DNA of 63,955 nt, filler included, from Octopus bimaculoides (GCF_001194135.2; 5 parts of 2 records of this genome joined end to end with filler, not necessarily neighbours in it), one strand, 5' to 3'. Shown: positions 46,998-60,200, counted from the first letter of the whole stretch. Notes: generated by a model not told the origin, from the letters alone. Numbers and translations: made by a program.

Positions 46998-47209
46998 TAT
47001 AGAAGAACAATTTGAACAATTTAAAGGCATAGACAAAAACCGCCTACTACATACACTTTCCATTTACTGTTTATCCCAAAGGGGAGTATAAAAAAAATTA
47101 AGTGATTTAAATGGTTCAATTGTTTCTTCGCTGATGTAATTCCTTTTCTAAATAGTCTATATACTAACTAGAAAACAACGATAAATTCTGACTTTTCATC
47201 CCTTTAGAA

Positions 47210-47352
47210 TGTTATTTTCTTCATCGTCCCCGAAAACAGGAGAAAAGGCAAAATCTGAGAACTGTAACATTTGAACTCAGGGTGCAAATAATTAGAACGA
47301 ACACCGCATGTATTCTCTTCAACTCTAACGATTTTGCCAATTTGCCGCCTTA
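47210..47352 (-). mobile_element. SINE family A, highly diverged
   Basis: AAAAGGCAAAA...ATTTGAACTCAG...CTAACGATTTTGCCAATTTGCCGCCTT. Confidence 0.6.
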
Positions 47353-49421
47353 ATCATAAAACAATTTTAAGCATTCCACCATTATATTTAACATCGGACC
47401 AATAAACTTTACGCAATGAATAATGTAGTTATTCAGCCATAGCAACCAGGAACTGACCTCCTCTAGCACACATTCTTGCAACCATTATTGTACCATTACA
47501 GAAATCTGGTTATTAATATCTTTCATTACTGCTACGTAAGTGGCGAAGAGAGATTCACAGTTTGCTACCTAGTTCAATTACAGAAACAGAAATGTGATTA
47601 ATAAGTATATTACGTTTGTTATAAAAAAATATATATCGAGGATCACTTTTAGTGTGAAATGCTACAACTGTTAGCTGCATTCATTCTTAGTAGACAGATA
47701 TAATTACTTCCGTAGCAAGACGCCCTCTCGATTTTCAACCGGAAGCATTTCTCTTACATCATAACTACTTGCTAATATCCACTTACAAACTGGGAAATTT
47801 ATATAAATAATTCATATGTAATTTCTTGCATTAGGATTGATTGTACATTACAGCATCGTTCTCAATGTTGCCACTGATTAAATAAGCGATATATATCACT
47901 GATTCTTACCTATTTGCAGAGAGCTGTACCAGGCTGGAGACAGTTGTGTGTCTTCTCAATTCATATAACACATCACTGATTACGTCAGCTGGTTATCAGG
48001 TATCCTGTCGATAAAAAGCTTAATACCGCTCATCGTCATGGAACAGGGTTGTGCAAAAAAGAAGCCAACCAAGAGTTAGTAAAGTGGAGTTCGCCAAATG
48101 GTTTCGGTCGCAGTAACGATATGCTCAACTGTTTTAGATTGCTGTTGTCGCAGATGAGATAAATAATGTTAGGCATGTCTGTTCCCTTAAAGTGTGTTAA
48201 CCTGTATCCCCTTGAAATAATCAATATAATTTGTTCATTATACAATACCACCAAGTGATATTCTTTCCCATTCTCAGTTTGCCCCGATTTTCCGTATCGT
48301 TTCAAATGGACAAAATTCCTGTTAATCGACTTTATTTAAACCCTTAGAAATATTTTCCATATCTGGGAGACAATCCGGTAGTCTAATAGTTGCGTGGGTG
48401 GATGGTTAAGAGGCACATTTTGCAACTACATAGTTTCCGGATCAATTTCGTGGCAGAACTCCATGCGCATGTTCTTTCTTATTTATTCTTAAAGTGATGG
48501 CTCGAACAAAGTCTTGAGAAAGACAAATGGTAGACGGAAATTGTGTGGAAGTTCCGTTTGAGGGATATTACTTGGTTTTGCTTAGTAAGCTTAATTGTTC
48601 GTTCGGTTTAATAGTACCATCTGATCTTTTGGTGTTTAGCGGTGAACTTTCTGCTACAAACATTTGCACAAGTCTCCGATCTGACAATTATATTCTCTCA
48701 TTCATCAAACTGAGAGGCCTTGAGAATGACTATGAGCGTTGATCCTTTCCCCACCAGCACTGACCTAGCAATTTAAAAAAGAACGGTTATCTTCATATAT
48801 GTTGTGACAGCTACTATGTTAATGATGCTGCTAAGAGAAACGAAATGCTATTAACGTTCCTGTTATGAAACTAGAAATGACAGGCTACTAATTCTTGTTG
48901 ATAAGTGATCTCACAGGATATTTCCAAGACTTGAAATATACTTAGTGATCTCATATGAATGGACACAAATCAAACTGGCAATACCGCAATTTCCGATCTG
49001 TCCCAACATCATCTCAACTTTCCTATAAATTAGCCAGTATATTCTAAGTCTATGCTATTCCTATATTCCTCCATTCCATCCATTAACCTATTCGGTCATA
49101 CATTCATTCATTAAAATTTTTAAACATTTACTATTGGCAACATACAGGTTATCTCTACGTAATGTTAGAGAATTCAATCTCAACGGTATGCAATACAAAA
49201 TAGCATCTTAGGAAATGAGATTTTGTAACATTAATGCATTCATACAGAACATTAAAACTAAAGTATAGAAACATGTTTTCAAGTGGATATTGAAATTCTA
49301 TCGCCATCTCGGTTTATTATAGACACATAGCATGCTTCACGGTGCATGCCCTTTCTTCATCCTCCATATCTATGTTTTGCTTGTATTACTTATATACATT
49401 GCATATAGCGTTATACAACTA

Positions 49422-50890
49422 CTAGCTTAAAAGCCGACCACTGTGCAGACTTTTAAGTTAATTCCTGCGGAGGGCTAATTGAATCTGCAGCCTAAAACCA
49501 AAGTGAGCAATAATAATAGAGCATTTATTCGTACCCTACCATCTCTGATTTATATAACAGAGTATCACATTTGAAGAATTTTTTATGGCTGTGACATTTG
49601 GAGATCACTTTAAAGCAGCAGGATAAACAACATTCTTGCTTCTACCATTTTGTGTGAGTATGAAGAGATTGTTGCCATTTCCAACTCTGGAACAACCAAT
49701 ATAGAGCTGATCATGCGAAAAGCACCGTTGCATGAGGTGAAGTCCAACAATCTTCAGTGATTGTCCTTGACTCTTGTTAATTAACATTGCAAAACAAACT
49801 TTTACTGGAAATTGAAGTCTCTTGAATTCAAAGGGCATGTCTGCTAGAATCAGTGGAATTCTTGGATTAAACAGTTTCTACCTTTCCTTGTTCAGTGAGG
49901 ACTGTTGCTTCCAAAAAATGTGGATGCATTTGCCTGACAATCATTCTTGTTCCATTGCACAGCTTTGGAGGACCTGATTGCTCAAATGCATGATTGGAAG
50001 TCCTGTCTTCAATATCATTGTGATAGAAAACATTCCGGGAAGATCCAGAGAGTTAAGAAATTCAGTAGTATAATTCACAGCCTTATTGGGGTCCACAACA
50101 ATATCTATTGAGAAATATTTTTTGTCCTCCGTATTGATTGATTCTATAAGTTTCCAACTGACAAGTTTCAGTCTTTGGTGCAAGTATGGTTCTTTCAAAA
50201 AACCAATCATGATCTTCAAAATTATGTGCAATGTTTGGGTAAACCTTCTTAAATAACTCTTCTGCAGTTTTGGCCAAAACGCCAGAAACATTTGGAAAAT
50301 TGATACCTCCATTACTCTCTTGCTGAATGCTTCCATTTTCCAGATTCATTAGCTGAGCTGGAAATCTTCCAGCATACAAATCTCTGAATAAATTGACTGG
50401 AACTCCGGTCAGGCCGAAATTTCAATCTGACCGAAAACCCAGTTTGCGCGGAAGTCCGATTTGGGCCGAAAGTTCGAGTCCTTCAATATTTCCTTCCGAG
50501 CATTTCAGTTCACAAACTCCACGGAACTTCGAAATCTCACGGATACAAAACCTCTCTCTGTAACTTGTAGTTAGATCTAGATTTAAATGAACAGACTTGA
50601 AAAAAATTTTTTAAACTCACAAAGCTTTGGTACTACTTTAAATTCACTTTAAATGAACAAAATTGTAAATGTTTTGAGTTCTTTTAAAATTTCAATTTTG
50701 CACAGTTAGAATGTAACAAATCCTCATCCAGACCTGATCCCAGTGCTGGATATTCAAGAACCAAATGAAGGGCAAATCCCGTGATCATCCTCATTCCTAA
50801 AAGGTATATGTCTATGTGGAGAAAATGTAGACTGAGATACAGTGGTCCCGGCCGAACGGATGGACAGAATTTCGCGTTTATTATAATTGA
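49422..50890 (-). mobile_element. Internally deleted Helitron with both termini, 1469 bp
   Basis: Minus-strand 5' end A|TCAATTATAATAAACGCGAAATTCTGTCC; 3' end imperfect GC hairpin GTCTGCACAGTGGTCGGC then TTTTAAG-CTAG|T. Sits between A and T and carries a helicase remnant. Confidence 0.8.
49605..50380 (-). pseudogene. Helitron PIF1-family helicase, C-terminal part
   Basis: ERTILAPK...VNYTTEFLNSLDLPGM...PFEFKRLQFPVKVCFAMLINKSQGQSLKIVGL...CFSHDQLYIGCSRV...KNVVY; frameshifted. Confidence 0.92.
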
Positions 50891-50949
50891 TGTAAAAGTT
50901 TAACAATTGCTCTTGTAAAATACCAGCGATAACTAAAACTTGCAAGGCC

Positions 50950-51400
50950 AGTACAAACTGATACGAAAGACTTAGAAGTAATGCAATAAAGTGAGGATGT
51001 CTTCACCAAGCCACCCGTTTATGTAAAAGTGTTGAGCTGATATATTTTCCATCTCTGACGTCACAAAAGTTAACACAGATAAAATGGAAACCGTTGCCTT
51101 TGTACAGTGGGCACAAGATAGTTCTGATCAAGAAAACTAATAATAAAAGTGTACTATCCATTTACCTCCCATCTTATTCCCGAGAATTCCTTCAGGACTA
51201 AATTATCAACTTCATCTGCACTTTTTATAAAACCGCAGATATGCTTTTGCTGACGAAAGTGGTTCATATGATATCATAGGCTGGCAAAATTACCATGGAA
51301 TTCTTCAGTGATACTGCTGCTTGCTGTGTATGATTACAATGTCCGCATGTATAAAAGCAAGTGGTCTAGACTTCAAAAGCGTTACATTTTCCGCTAGAAA
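50950..51400 (-). pseudogene. Possible very old RTE-like reverse transcriptase fragment
   Basis: Minus strand RTILCPLYKGNG...CVNF...GK resembles the I.PLYK.KG...C.NYRGI..L...GK motif. Weak. Confidence 0.3.
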
Positions 51401-52731
51401 TAAAGCCATATTTCCGTCAAATCTCACTCTACCGTCATAGAAAAGACATGGTCGTCATGCAGGGGCGTTTGATCAGAGATGTCCCCTACAAGGGGATAAA
51501 GAACATCCTCCTCCCCCTCCTGGACACAGGTTCAATCCCACAGCATGACACTCGAAGCCAGTATCTACTATCAAAGGGTTAACTCCACCACAGCCAAATG
51601 AAGGAAATTTATTCGACAGAAGCCTTTGTGTGTGGAATCTTACTAGTATTGAGGTGGCAGATTTATTTGGTCATATGACTGTAGGGCGCTTGTTGTTGTG
51701 TTCCTCGTGGTGTACGTATACGAATTAGAAATCTAGTCTGATAAAAAAAAAACGAAAAAAAAACAAAACAAAATAAACCAAAAAGCAAAAATAATATAAC
51801 ACTGCTGCTCTTGTTCTTATAGTTCATATGCTGTATTTGTCGCTCAGACTAAACCACTATGTAACAGAAACCATATTCCGCAAAGAATTAACACAAATAA
51901 TTAATTAATCTTGATACGAGTTTATCTACTTTATTTATTATTCCGGTAAATTAACAAATAGAAATTCATAATTAAAGAATCCAAAATTTCACATTTATTT
52001 AATATTGTAAAACAAACCAACACTTAATTATCGGTAAATTTTGAAAAATTAGAGTGATCAATACTTTTCCGTAGAAAAGTATTTTTATTTGAAAATTTTA
52101 TTTGAAGATTGTAGGAGATTGTTTTTATGCGAGAGAATTATGAATTTGGTTATGGGTTCAAAACTAGGAAAATGTTTTAATATTTATATTTAATGATGAA
52201 TCTTGGTCGGAGAACTTGTTGCGTTATATACACTAACTTGTTGCGTTATATACACTAACAATGCAGATATAGTGATTTTATGTTTGTATGTATGTATGTA
52301 TACATACACATATACAAATATCCAAATAATGTATAAATGTGCACATGTAAATCTATCTATCTGTCTGTCTCTGTATATATATATATATATACGTGCGTGT
52401 GAAATAGAAGTTCGCACAAGAACACCTCCCCACTCCCAATATATGTGTATATGCTAAAGAAAAGTGTTTCCAAACAAAATATATAGAAATAACAAACATT
52501 TACTGAAAATGGACTCAATTGTGACGTAGAATGGAATATTTATTATAACAACGCTCCCTTCTCCTCCAACGTTTTCCTGACGATGGCTTATTCAGAATGT
52601 CCATGCCAATGTATATAAACTTACATACATGTATACACATGTAGATACGTAGTTAAATCCTGATGTATGTATCTGAGTGTGGTTTTGTGTGCAAGTCTCT
52701 GTGTATGTATGGTTACATGCTTTTTCAGTGA

Positions 52732-52774
<43 letters not shown>

Positions 52775-53869
52775 AATACATCATACATACATACACGCTC
52801 ATATATATATTTATGTGTGTATATATATGTATGTATGTATATATATATNNNNNNNNNNATATATATACATACATATACATATATATATATATATATATAT
52901 ACACATAAATATATATATATTCGTGTATGTATGTATGATGTATTTATGTATATATATACATATATATATATATGTATGTATATATGTACATTTGTATATA
53001 CATATATACATGTGTTCACTTAGACCACATTTTATCACTTCTATTTTGTTTGTCAACTCAAAGTATATTTATTCACTCAAAATTAGTTGCCATATTTACG
53101 ACTCAATCGCACGTTAAAATGTTTGCTTACTTGTACACGTGCCATTTACGAATTCATCTTCGGAAGGATTGCATTCTTGTAAACAGGTTTGTTCTGGATA
53201 AGGATATTTTAACAGATTTAATATATATACTTAGCTCTAGGAACAAAACAATCACTAAAACATAAGTGAAACTGCACGCTATGAAATAAAATCTGTGATG
53301 CGTCCATTACTATTTTCAACTGGTTTTACTGTAAAGGTTCAGGTTTCTATAATATCATCAGCGATGGTCTAGTTGCATTATCAATACAATGAAATTGTGA
53401 AAAATACCATTCCATTTAAATGCATATGTAGTTTGGGAATGAACATTAGACCATTCTATATCTAACTTGCGATACAACCGTAAATGTTTCTCTAACAATG
53501 TTAATTTTTAAAACTTTATTCCTCTTAATATGGATCACATAGAAAGGGTTGTGTTTCATCTTACCTCTTTGCCCTACACGCACTAGAAGAAGGCCAGAAT
53601 CTTCAAATCTCTTAGCCTATCAACCGATGGGAGATGGGACTCATATCATATCAAACAATAAAAGGTTGTCAAATGAACCTCATAATATTTAGGTAATGTT
53701 CTGATTTCAAATCCCATTAACATCAAATTGATTTCATCCCTTTCAAGTGGAGATAAAATAAAATGCCGAGAATTTTTGTGAAAAATCGTTTACAAGTAAT
53801 GATTTTAAATTAATATTCGACCATTGAGAATAAACGCAATAGATCTGCCACCTTGGCTATATTTCTTCT

Positions 53870-54030
53870 AATCCGTTCTGTTAGAAGTGCAAGGCCTGAA
53901 CGTGTGGGAGAATGGATAGTCGATTACATCGACCTCAGTGCTCAAATGGTACTTATTTTAGCGACCTCGAAAGGATAGAAAGCTAACTCGATATCGAGTC
54001 ACAAAGTGAAGACAAACGAGATGCCGATCA
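53870..54030 (-). mobile_element. SINE family A, 3' part
   Basis: GTGCAAGGCCTGAA...AGTCGATTACATCGACCTCAGTGCTCAAATGGTACTTATTTTAGCGACCTCGAAAGGAT. Confidence 0.72.
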
Positions 54031-54234
54031 ATCTATCTCTGTCATAATATGCGTATGTACAGTTGATATATGCCCATGTGCTCGTGCGCGTTTGTGTAAT
54101 TAGAAGAATGCATAAATTTGTTATAAGACATATGCTAACACAATAAAAGTCTTATGTTTATATAGAAATAGTAGCAGAGACACCCGGCGTTACTAGGGAT
54201 TAAAATGGCATAGTCTTTTTAATGTTTTGCTAGT

Positions 54235-54417
54235 AATGTGAATGTGGCTATGCTGGGGCACAACATTTAGTGGAAGAAATGGGCCCCAGGATTTAGTCTT
54301 TGTACGTCTAGTACTTATTCAATCGGCTCGCTTTGCTATACGACTAATTTACGGAGACGTAAATAGAGCAACATCGTTTGTCAAGCGATGGTGAGGGATA
54401 TGCATATATATGCATAC

Positions 54418-54460
<43 letters not shown>
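54235..54460 (-). mobile_element. SINE family C, 3' half plus internal microsatellite running into a gap
   Basis: GTGGCTATGCTGGGGCAC...CCCCAGGATTTAGTCTTTGTA..CTAGTACTTATTC...GACGTAAA...GTCAAGCGATGGTG, then (CATA)/(TA)n. Confidence 0.7.
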
Positions 54461-55150
54461 NNNNNNNNNNNNNNNNNNNNNNNNNNNNNNNNNNNNNNNN
54501 NNNNNNNNNNNNNNNNNNNNNNNNNNNNNNNNNNNNNNNNNNNNNNNNNNNNNNNNNNNNNNNNNNNNNNNNNNNNNNNNNNNNNNNNNNNNNNNNNNNN
54601 NNNNNNNNNNNNNNNNNNNNNNNNNNNNNNNNNNNNNNNNNNNNNNNNNNNNNNNNNNNNNNNNNNNNNNNNNNNNNNNNNNNNNNNNNNNNNNNNNNNN
54701 NNNNNNNNNNNNNNNNNNNNNNNNNNNNNNNNNNNNNNNNNNNNNNNNNNNNNNNNNNNNNNNNNNNNNNNNNNNNNNNNNNNNNNNNNNNNNNNNNNNN
54801 NNNNNNNNNNNNNNNNNNNNNNNNNNNNNNNNNNNNNNNNNNNNNNNNNNNNNNNNNNNNNNNNNNNNNNNNNNNNNNNNNNNNNNNNNNNNNNNNNNNN
54901 NNNNNNNNNNNNNNNNNNNNNNNNNNNNNNNNNNNNNNNNNNNNNNNNNNNNNNNNNNNNNNNNNNNNNNNNNNNNNNNNNNNNNNNNNNNNNNNNNNNN
55001 NNNNNNNNNNNNNNNNNNNNNNNNNNNNNNNNNNNNNNNNNNNNNNNNNNNNNNNNNNNNNNNNNNNNNNNNNNNNNNNNNNNNNNNNNNNNNNNNNNNN
55101 NNNNNNNNNNNNNNNNNNNNTATATATATATGTGTGTGTGTATGTATATA

Positions 55151-56014
55151 TAGTGTGCCGTGAATTAAATGTCTTCTAAATTGCGCAAAATGGACAGTAA
55201 AGCTGACATCTCATTTTGACAGATATATTTACCAAAATTACATTAAAATAACTTGAAATACTAAAGAGTAAAATTATTCTGTAAAATCGCCATTGGTTGC
55301 AACCACGGCCTGCAGAAGACATCAGAATATCCTGCAGCTCTTCTGGACGGTCTCTTTGTTTAAGTTGGTGAATGATGCTATAACACTTGCTTTCAGTTTA
55401 ACTTTGATGTCACAAGGAGTTTTGATGTTCTCTTGCTGAAGTGCGCACCACACATAATAATGAAGAAGATTGAAGTCTGGAGTGTTAAGTAGCCAAATTT
55501 TAGTGGTGATGTGGTCGGAGAAATTTTTTGACAGCCATGCCATGGTGCGGAGTCCTGTTGCCAGACTTAGGGTCTTCCAGCAGTCACCCTCTTAATCCAG
55601 GACAGCACTATTTCCTTCAGTTACTTGACTTAAGCCTTCCTGTTGATTCTGAAGACGTGTAGGAAAAGGAATGGCGGTATAATGCTGCCATCACTAGTAA
55701 TCACTACCAACACCATAATGGATCGCTAGTGTTCACTCCAAACACTACTCTAGGTACATGCTTTGGGGACTCAGCAAGCCAACAGTTTTTCTCTGTGTTC
55801 AGTATATATTCGTATTGGAGCTTCCGGCGCGAATGCCAAGCAGTATGGCATGTCAGTTTGAAATTTGTGGCAGAGTGAATTGCGTCATGGTGATTTTTTG
55901 TCTCACAGTCAGTGCCCAACTGACATTACTATACTGTGTAGTCGATAAAACTAAAAACAAACAATGGGCATTCGAGAAATTCAAAATATATAATGGCGAC
56001 AATTTACCAATCGC

Positions 56015-56020
<6 letters not shown>
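55151..56020 (-). mobile_element. Internally deleted maT/DD37D transposon with both TIRs, between TA tracts
   Basis: TA|TAGTGTGCCGTGAATTAAATGTC (same family as 45842) and GACAATTTACCAATCGCACCCTA|TA. Minus-strand AWLSKNFSDHITTKIWLLNTPDFNLLHYYVW. Confidence 0.8.
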
Positions 56021-56062
<42 letters not shown>

Positions 56063-56754
56063 NNNNNNNNNNNNNNNNNNNNNNNNNNNNNNNNNNNNNN
56101 NNNNNNNNNNNNNNNNNNNNNNNNNNNNNNNNNNNNNNNNNNNNNNNNNNNNNNNNNNNNNNNNNNNNNNNNNNNNNNNNNNNNNNNNNNNNNNNNNNNN
56201 NNNNNNNNNNNNNNNNNNNNNNNNNNNNNNNNNNNNNNNNNNNNNNNNNNNNNNNNNNNNNNNNNNNNNNNNNNNNNNNNNNNNNNNNNNNNNNNNNNNN
56301 NNNNNNNNNNNNNNNNNNNNNNNNNNNNNNNNNNNNNNNNNNNNNNNNNNNNNNNNNNNNNNNNNNNNNNNNNNNNNNNNNNNNNNNNNNNNNNNNNNNN
56401 NNNNNNNNNNNNNNNNNNNNNNNNNNNNNNNNNNNNNNNNNNNNNNNNNNNNNNNNNNNNNNNNNNNNNNNNNNNNNNNNNNNNNNNNNNNNNNNNNNNN
56501 NNNNNNNNNNNNNNNNNNNNNNNNNNNNNNNNNNNATGTGTCAAGGATTGTCATGGAATATAACATTTTGCACAGCGTAATGCGACAAACCGACCGGCTT
56601 TTTCACATGTTTTTTTTCTCTCCTTTTAACTTATGCAGTTTTCAAGTGATTCTCTCCCTTTTCTTTCTCTGTTTATTTATATCTTCTCTTTCTCACTTAC
56701 ACCTTCTGCAATACTTCCTCTCTTTGAGTCTATGTCTGTTTCTTTCACTCACCC

Positions 56755-56832
56755 AATCACTCACTCACTCACTCACTCACTCACTCACTCACTCACTCAC
56801 TCACTCACTCACTCACTCATTTACTCACTCAC
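56755..56832. repeat. (TCAC)n microsatellite
   Basis: About 18 TCAC units. Confidence 0.96.
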
Positions 56833-57614
56833 TCTCTCTCTCTCGGTCGTCCATAAGTGTCTTTGCTTTCACACTATTTATACTTTCTCCCTATAACATT
56901 ACTTATTTTAAATTATTTACACTCCGTCTATTTAACTACACTATTTACATTTCTCCCTCAATCGAAAACCGTCGTGATGCAGCCGATAAGCCTTCGTTAC
57001 TAACCGATGAGAATTCAACCACGCCACTCAGCGTTCATGCGTTAGAAAAAGATATCCTAAAGTGGTTCAAACGTTTTCTCTCAACCCATTTTTTCTACAG
57101 TTTTATACGCTGATATGGAGTTTGTAATTTCTGTCTACAGATTGACTTCCTTACGTGATATAATATTGTTTCACTTTTATTCTTTCACTTTTAATTCTAA
57201 TTTTATAAGACTATTATATTGTTTCAGTTTCTGTGTGTATTTCCGCGTTCGATACGTACGAGGTAGTAAAGGACATTTTATAGAACGACGACGACGTCAC
57301 GTATATGAGTGTGTATGTGTCTCTGGGTGTATGTATTTAGGTATATGAGCGTGTATGTCACTCTGACTGTGTGTGTGCTTCCGCGTTAGGTTCGTTATTA
57401 AACATACGCACGTACGCATCGAAACATACATATATGCATATGACGACTGACATGCGTGAATGTATTGCTATATGTGTCTCTGTTATTATATGTATGTGAC
57501 TGTTTGTGAGTGTGAATGTGTGTGTTTCGTCACAATTTGTATATGAATGTGTATGTATCTGTGAGTGTGTGCGTGTTTGCGCGCCCGTTATGTAAGTTAT
57601 TAAGCACACACATA

Positions 57615-58888
57615 CAAGGGGTGGACAAAATAATGGAAACACCTAGAATCAAAGCATTATAATTTTGAAATATCTATAAAACCGTCAAAAGCTTGTTTAT
57701 TTTTATGTTTTTTGATTTATTATTAGTGTTGCTTAATATGTTTTGCTTAACTTGCTCTTTCTTTTCAAATATCATCAGAAAGAGGTTATTTAAAATTCAT
57801 TAAAATGACAGATCTATCGGACTTTCAAAGAGGTCAAATTGTTGGTGCTCTTATGGCAGGCGCTAGCGTAACGAAAACAGCCGAAATGTTTGCTGTATCA
57901 AGAAGTACTGTCTCGAAAGTAATCACAGCCTTTGAGAAAGAGAGAAAAACCTCCTCGTCGAAGCAAAACTCCGGAAGAAAACCAAAACTTTCAGATAGGA
58001 ACTGTCGGACTCTTACGGGAATTGTTAGGAAGGATCACAAAAGTACAGCTCTCAAAATTACTGCAGAGCAAAATAACCACCCTGAGAACCCAGTTTTCAC
58101 AAAACCTGTTCGCCAGGAGTTGCACAAAGCCAGATTTCATGGGAGGGCTGCAATAAAAAAAACACTACTTTCAATAACAAACGTTACAAAGCATTTAGTG
58201 TGGAGTAAAAACCGACAGAATTGGTTCCTAGAGCAGTGAGAAAACGTTATTTTCTCGGACGAGTCATCCTTTGCCTTATCTCCGACCAACGGCTAAGTAT
58301 ACGTGTGGAGATCGCCAAAAGAAGCATTTGACCCAAACCGCCTTCTTCCAACTGTTAAATATGGAGGAGGATCTGTGATGATCTGGGGGTCTATACCTTG
58401 GAAATCCGCCAGCCCAATGATTTCCCTTCATAGCCGAATTAATAGTCAATACTATTTAAACATTTTATCTGATGAAATTCATCCTATGGTTGCGGAACTG
58501 TTTCCGGAGGGAAACGTAATCTTTCAGGATGATAATGCACCAATTCACACAGCTAAAGTTGTTACTGAATGGCCCGAGGAACATTCTAGTGAAGTTGAAC
58601 ATCTTATGTGGCCACCACAGTCCCCAGATCTAAATATTATTGAACATTTATGGCGCATTTAAAAAAAATGATTAAGGAGTCGATATCCTCCACCATCATA
58701 ACTACAAGAACTGATGACTGTTTTAACTGAAGAACGGACAAATACTCATTCCGAAACAATTCAAACTTTGTACTAGTCCATACCGCATAAAATTCAAACT
58801 GTAATTCCTGCAAAAGGCTGTCCTCCCCCATATTAAAATAAATTTGTTTGAAATTCTAAGGTGTTCCCATTATTTTGTCCAACCTGTG
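57615..58888 (+). mobile_element. Full-length Tc1-like transposon, 1274 bp, DD36E spacing
   Basis: TIRs TA|CAAGGGGTGGACAAAATAATGGAAACACCT and TA|CACAGGTTGGACAAAATAATGGGAACACCT (reverse complement of the right end); TA on both sides. Confidence 0.93.
57805..58836 (+). pseudogene. Tc1-family transposase, 343 codons in one frame, about 6 nonsense mutations
   Basis: MTDLSDFQRGQIVG...SGRKPKLS...IFSDES...YGGGSVMIWG...FQDDNAPIH...WPPQSPDLNIIEHLW...AKGCPPPY*. Confidence 0.93.
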
Positions 58889-59176
58889 TACATCTACACA
58901 TACATATACATATGCGACGAGAACGGCTGGAGGTGAAACTCTTGACAAAAAACAATTACGTGGAAGATTCAAGTTATATAAAAATACACATCTACTGTTC
59001 AATAAACAGTTCATAATGATCGCAGCAGTTGCAAGGTATTTACAGTTTGCTTATATTTGGTTAATTTACACCGCATACAAAAATATAGACATACTACATA
59101 CAACTGCTTACAAATATATAGATTACTGTATATTTTTTCTATGTTCATAATATCTTGCTTCAAATAGTGAAAACAT

Positions 59177-59820
59177 ATGCCACCAAAGAAAAAACGTAAT
59201 CTCTCCAGAAACAGCTATAAGGCAAGGAGGAATGCAGAAAACTGAAGGCGAGGGTATCAAGACTTAAGAAACATGAGACTTTCTCAATATCAGCGACAGT
59301 TTCTCAATATCAGCAACAGTACGTCAGATGGAGTCTCAATACAGAAGGGACATGTCACTTTCCAAAGATCACCAAAGGCATGCTGCAGCACGTCAAATAC
59401 AGTATCAAGAGAGAAGGAGAGGAGACTTTCTCAACATCAGGAAAAGCATGCTACATCACGTCTGATAGAGTCACAAGACGTAAGGAAGACGAGACTTTCT
59501 CAAGATCAACAAAGACATGCTGTAGCACATCAAATGGAGTCTCAAGAGAGAAGGGAGATGTGACTACGCCAAGATCAGCAAAGGCATGCTACAGCACTTA
59601 ATGCTGAATCATTAAAACAACGTTTAGCACGCCAGATTACAGCGTGATCCAATAGAATAGCTTTCGGAAACAGACCACGTACAAATTTTTCTTCACAACA
59701 CTTGGAGCTGCTTTCAAACATGATCCATCCCATTTTTAAAAAATGATGATTCTGTCCAAAGTGGCGTGCTAAACACAAATTGTCGTTCATGCAAAGCTTT
59801 AAAATTTACTCCACAAATGT
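59177..59820 (+). pseudogene. Helitron Rep/Hel N-terminal fragment (23-aa charged repeats and start of a Cys-rich motif)
   Basis: MPPKKKRNLSR...; 69-bp repeats (RLSQDQQRHA...ESQERRE); GAAFKHDPS...VQSGVLNTNCRSCKALKF, matching the Helitron AAF.YD....IG.M...C..C.A.KF motif. Confidence 0.72.
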
Positions 59821-60140
59821 TTTGACGTCAATACTGCACTTTCCTGTATCACCTGTTTTAACATAACTGTAATATATAGATAAAAACTATGCCGTATATA
59901 AAGAAAAATATATGACCATATCGGTGGACTATTCAAGACTATTTGATTCACTCCCACTTATGTATATGCACATATAATAGTTCATTCTTCATTTTTATCT
60001 GTGGGCATTCTGAGACGTCATGGAGATAGTTTTCTTCCGATATTTCGAAATGGTTATATGACCGTCGAATCATTAATTTATTTGCATGTTTTTATTTGCA
60101 TGTTTTTGAATACCGCAAGGGGTTTTGGGCTGTCGTGTTT

Positions 60141-60200
60141 GGGTAGTAAAATACAGTGTAGTAAAATTCAGGGTAGTAAAATACAGGGTAGTAAAATTCT
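60141..60200. repeat. 15-bp x4 tandem repeat (GGGTAGTAAAATACA)
   Basis: Four units read directly. Confidence 0.92.

Noticed and set aside
56950-57110. Protein-like stretch SIENRRDAADKPSLLTDENSTTPLSVHALEKDILKWFK
   Set aside because: No convincing flanking splice pair and no recognised homology.
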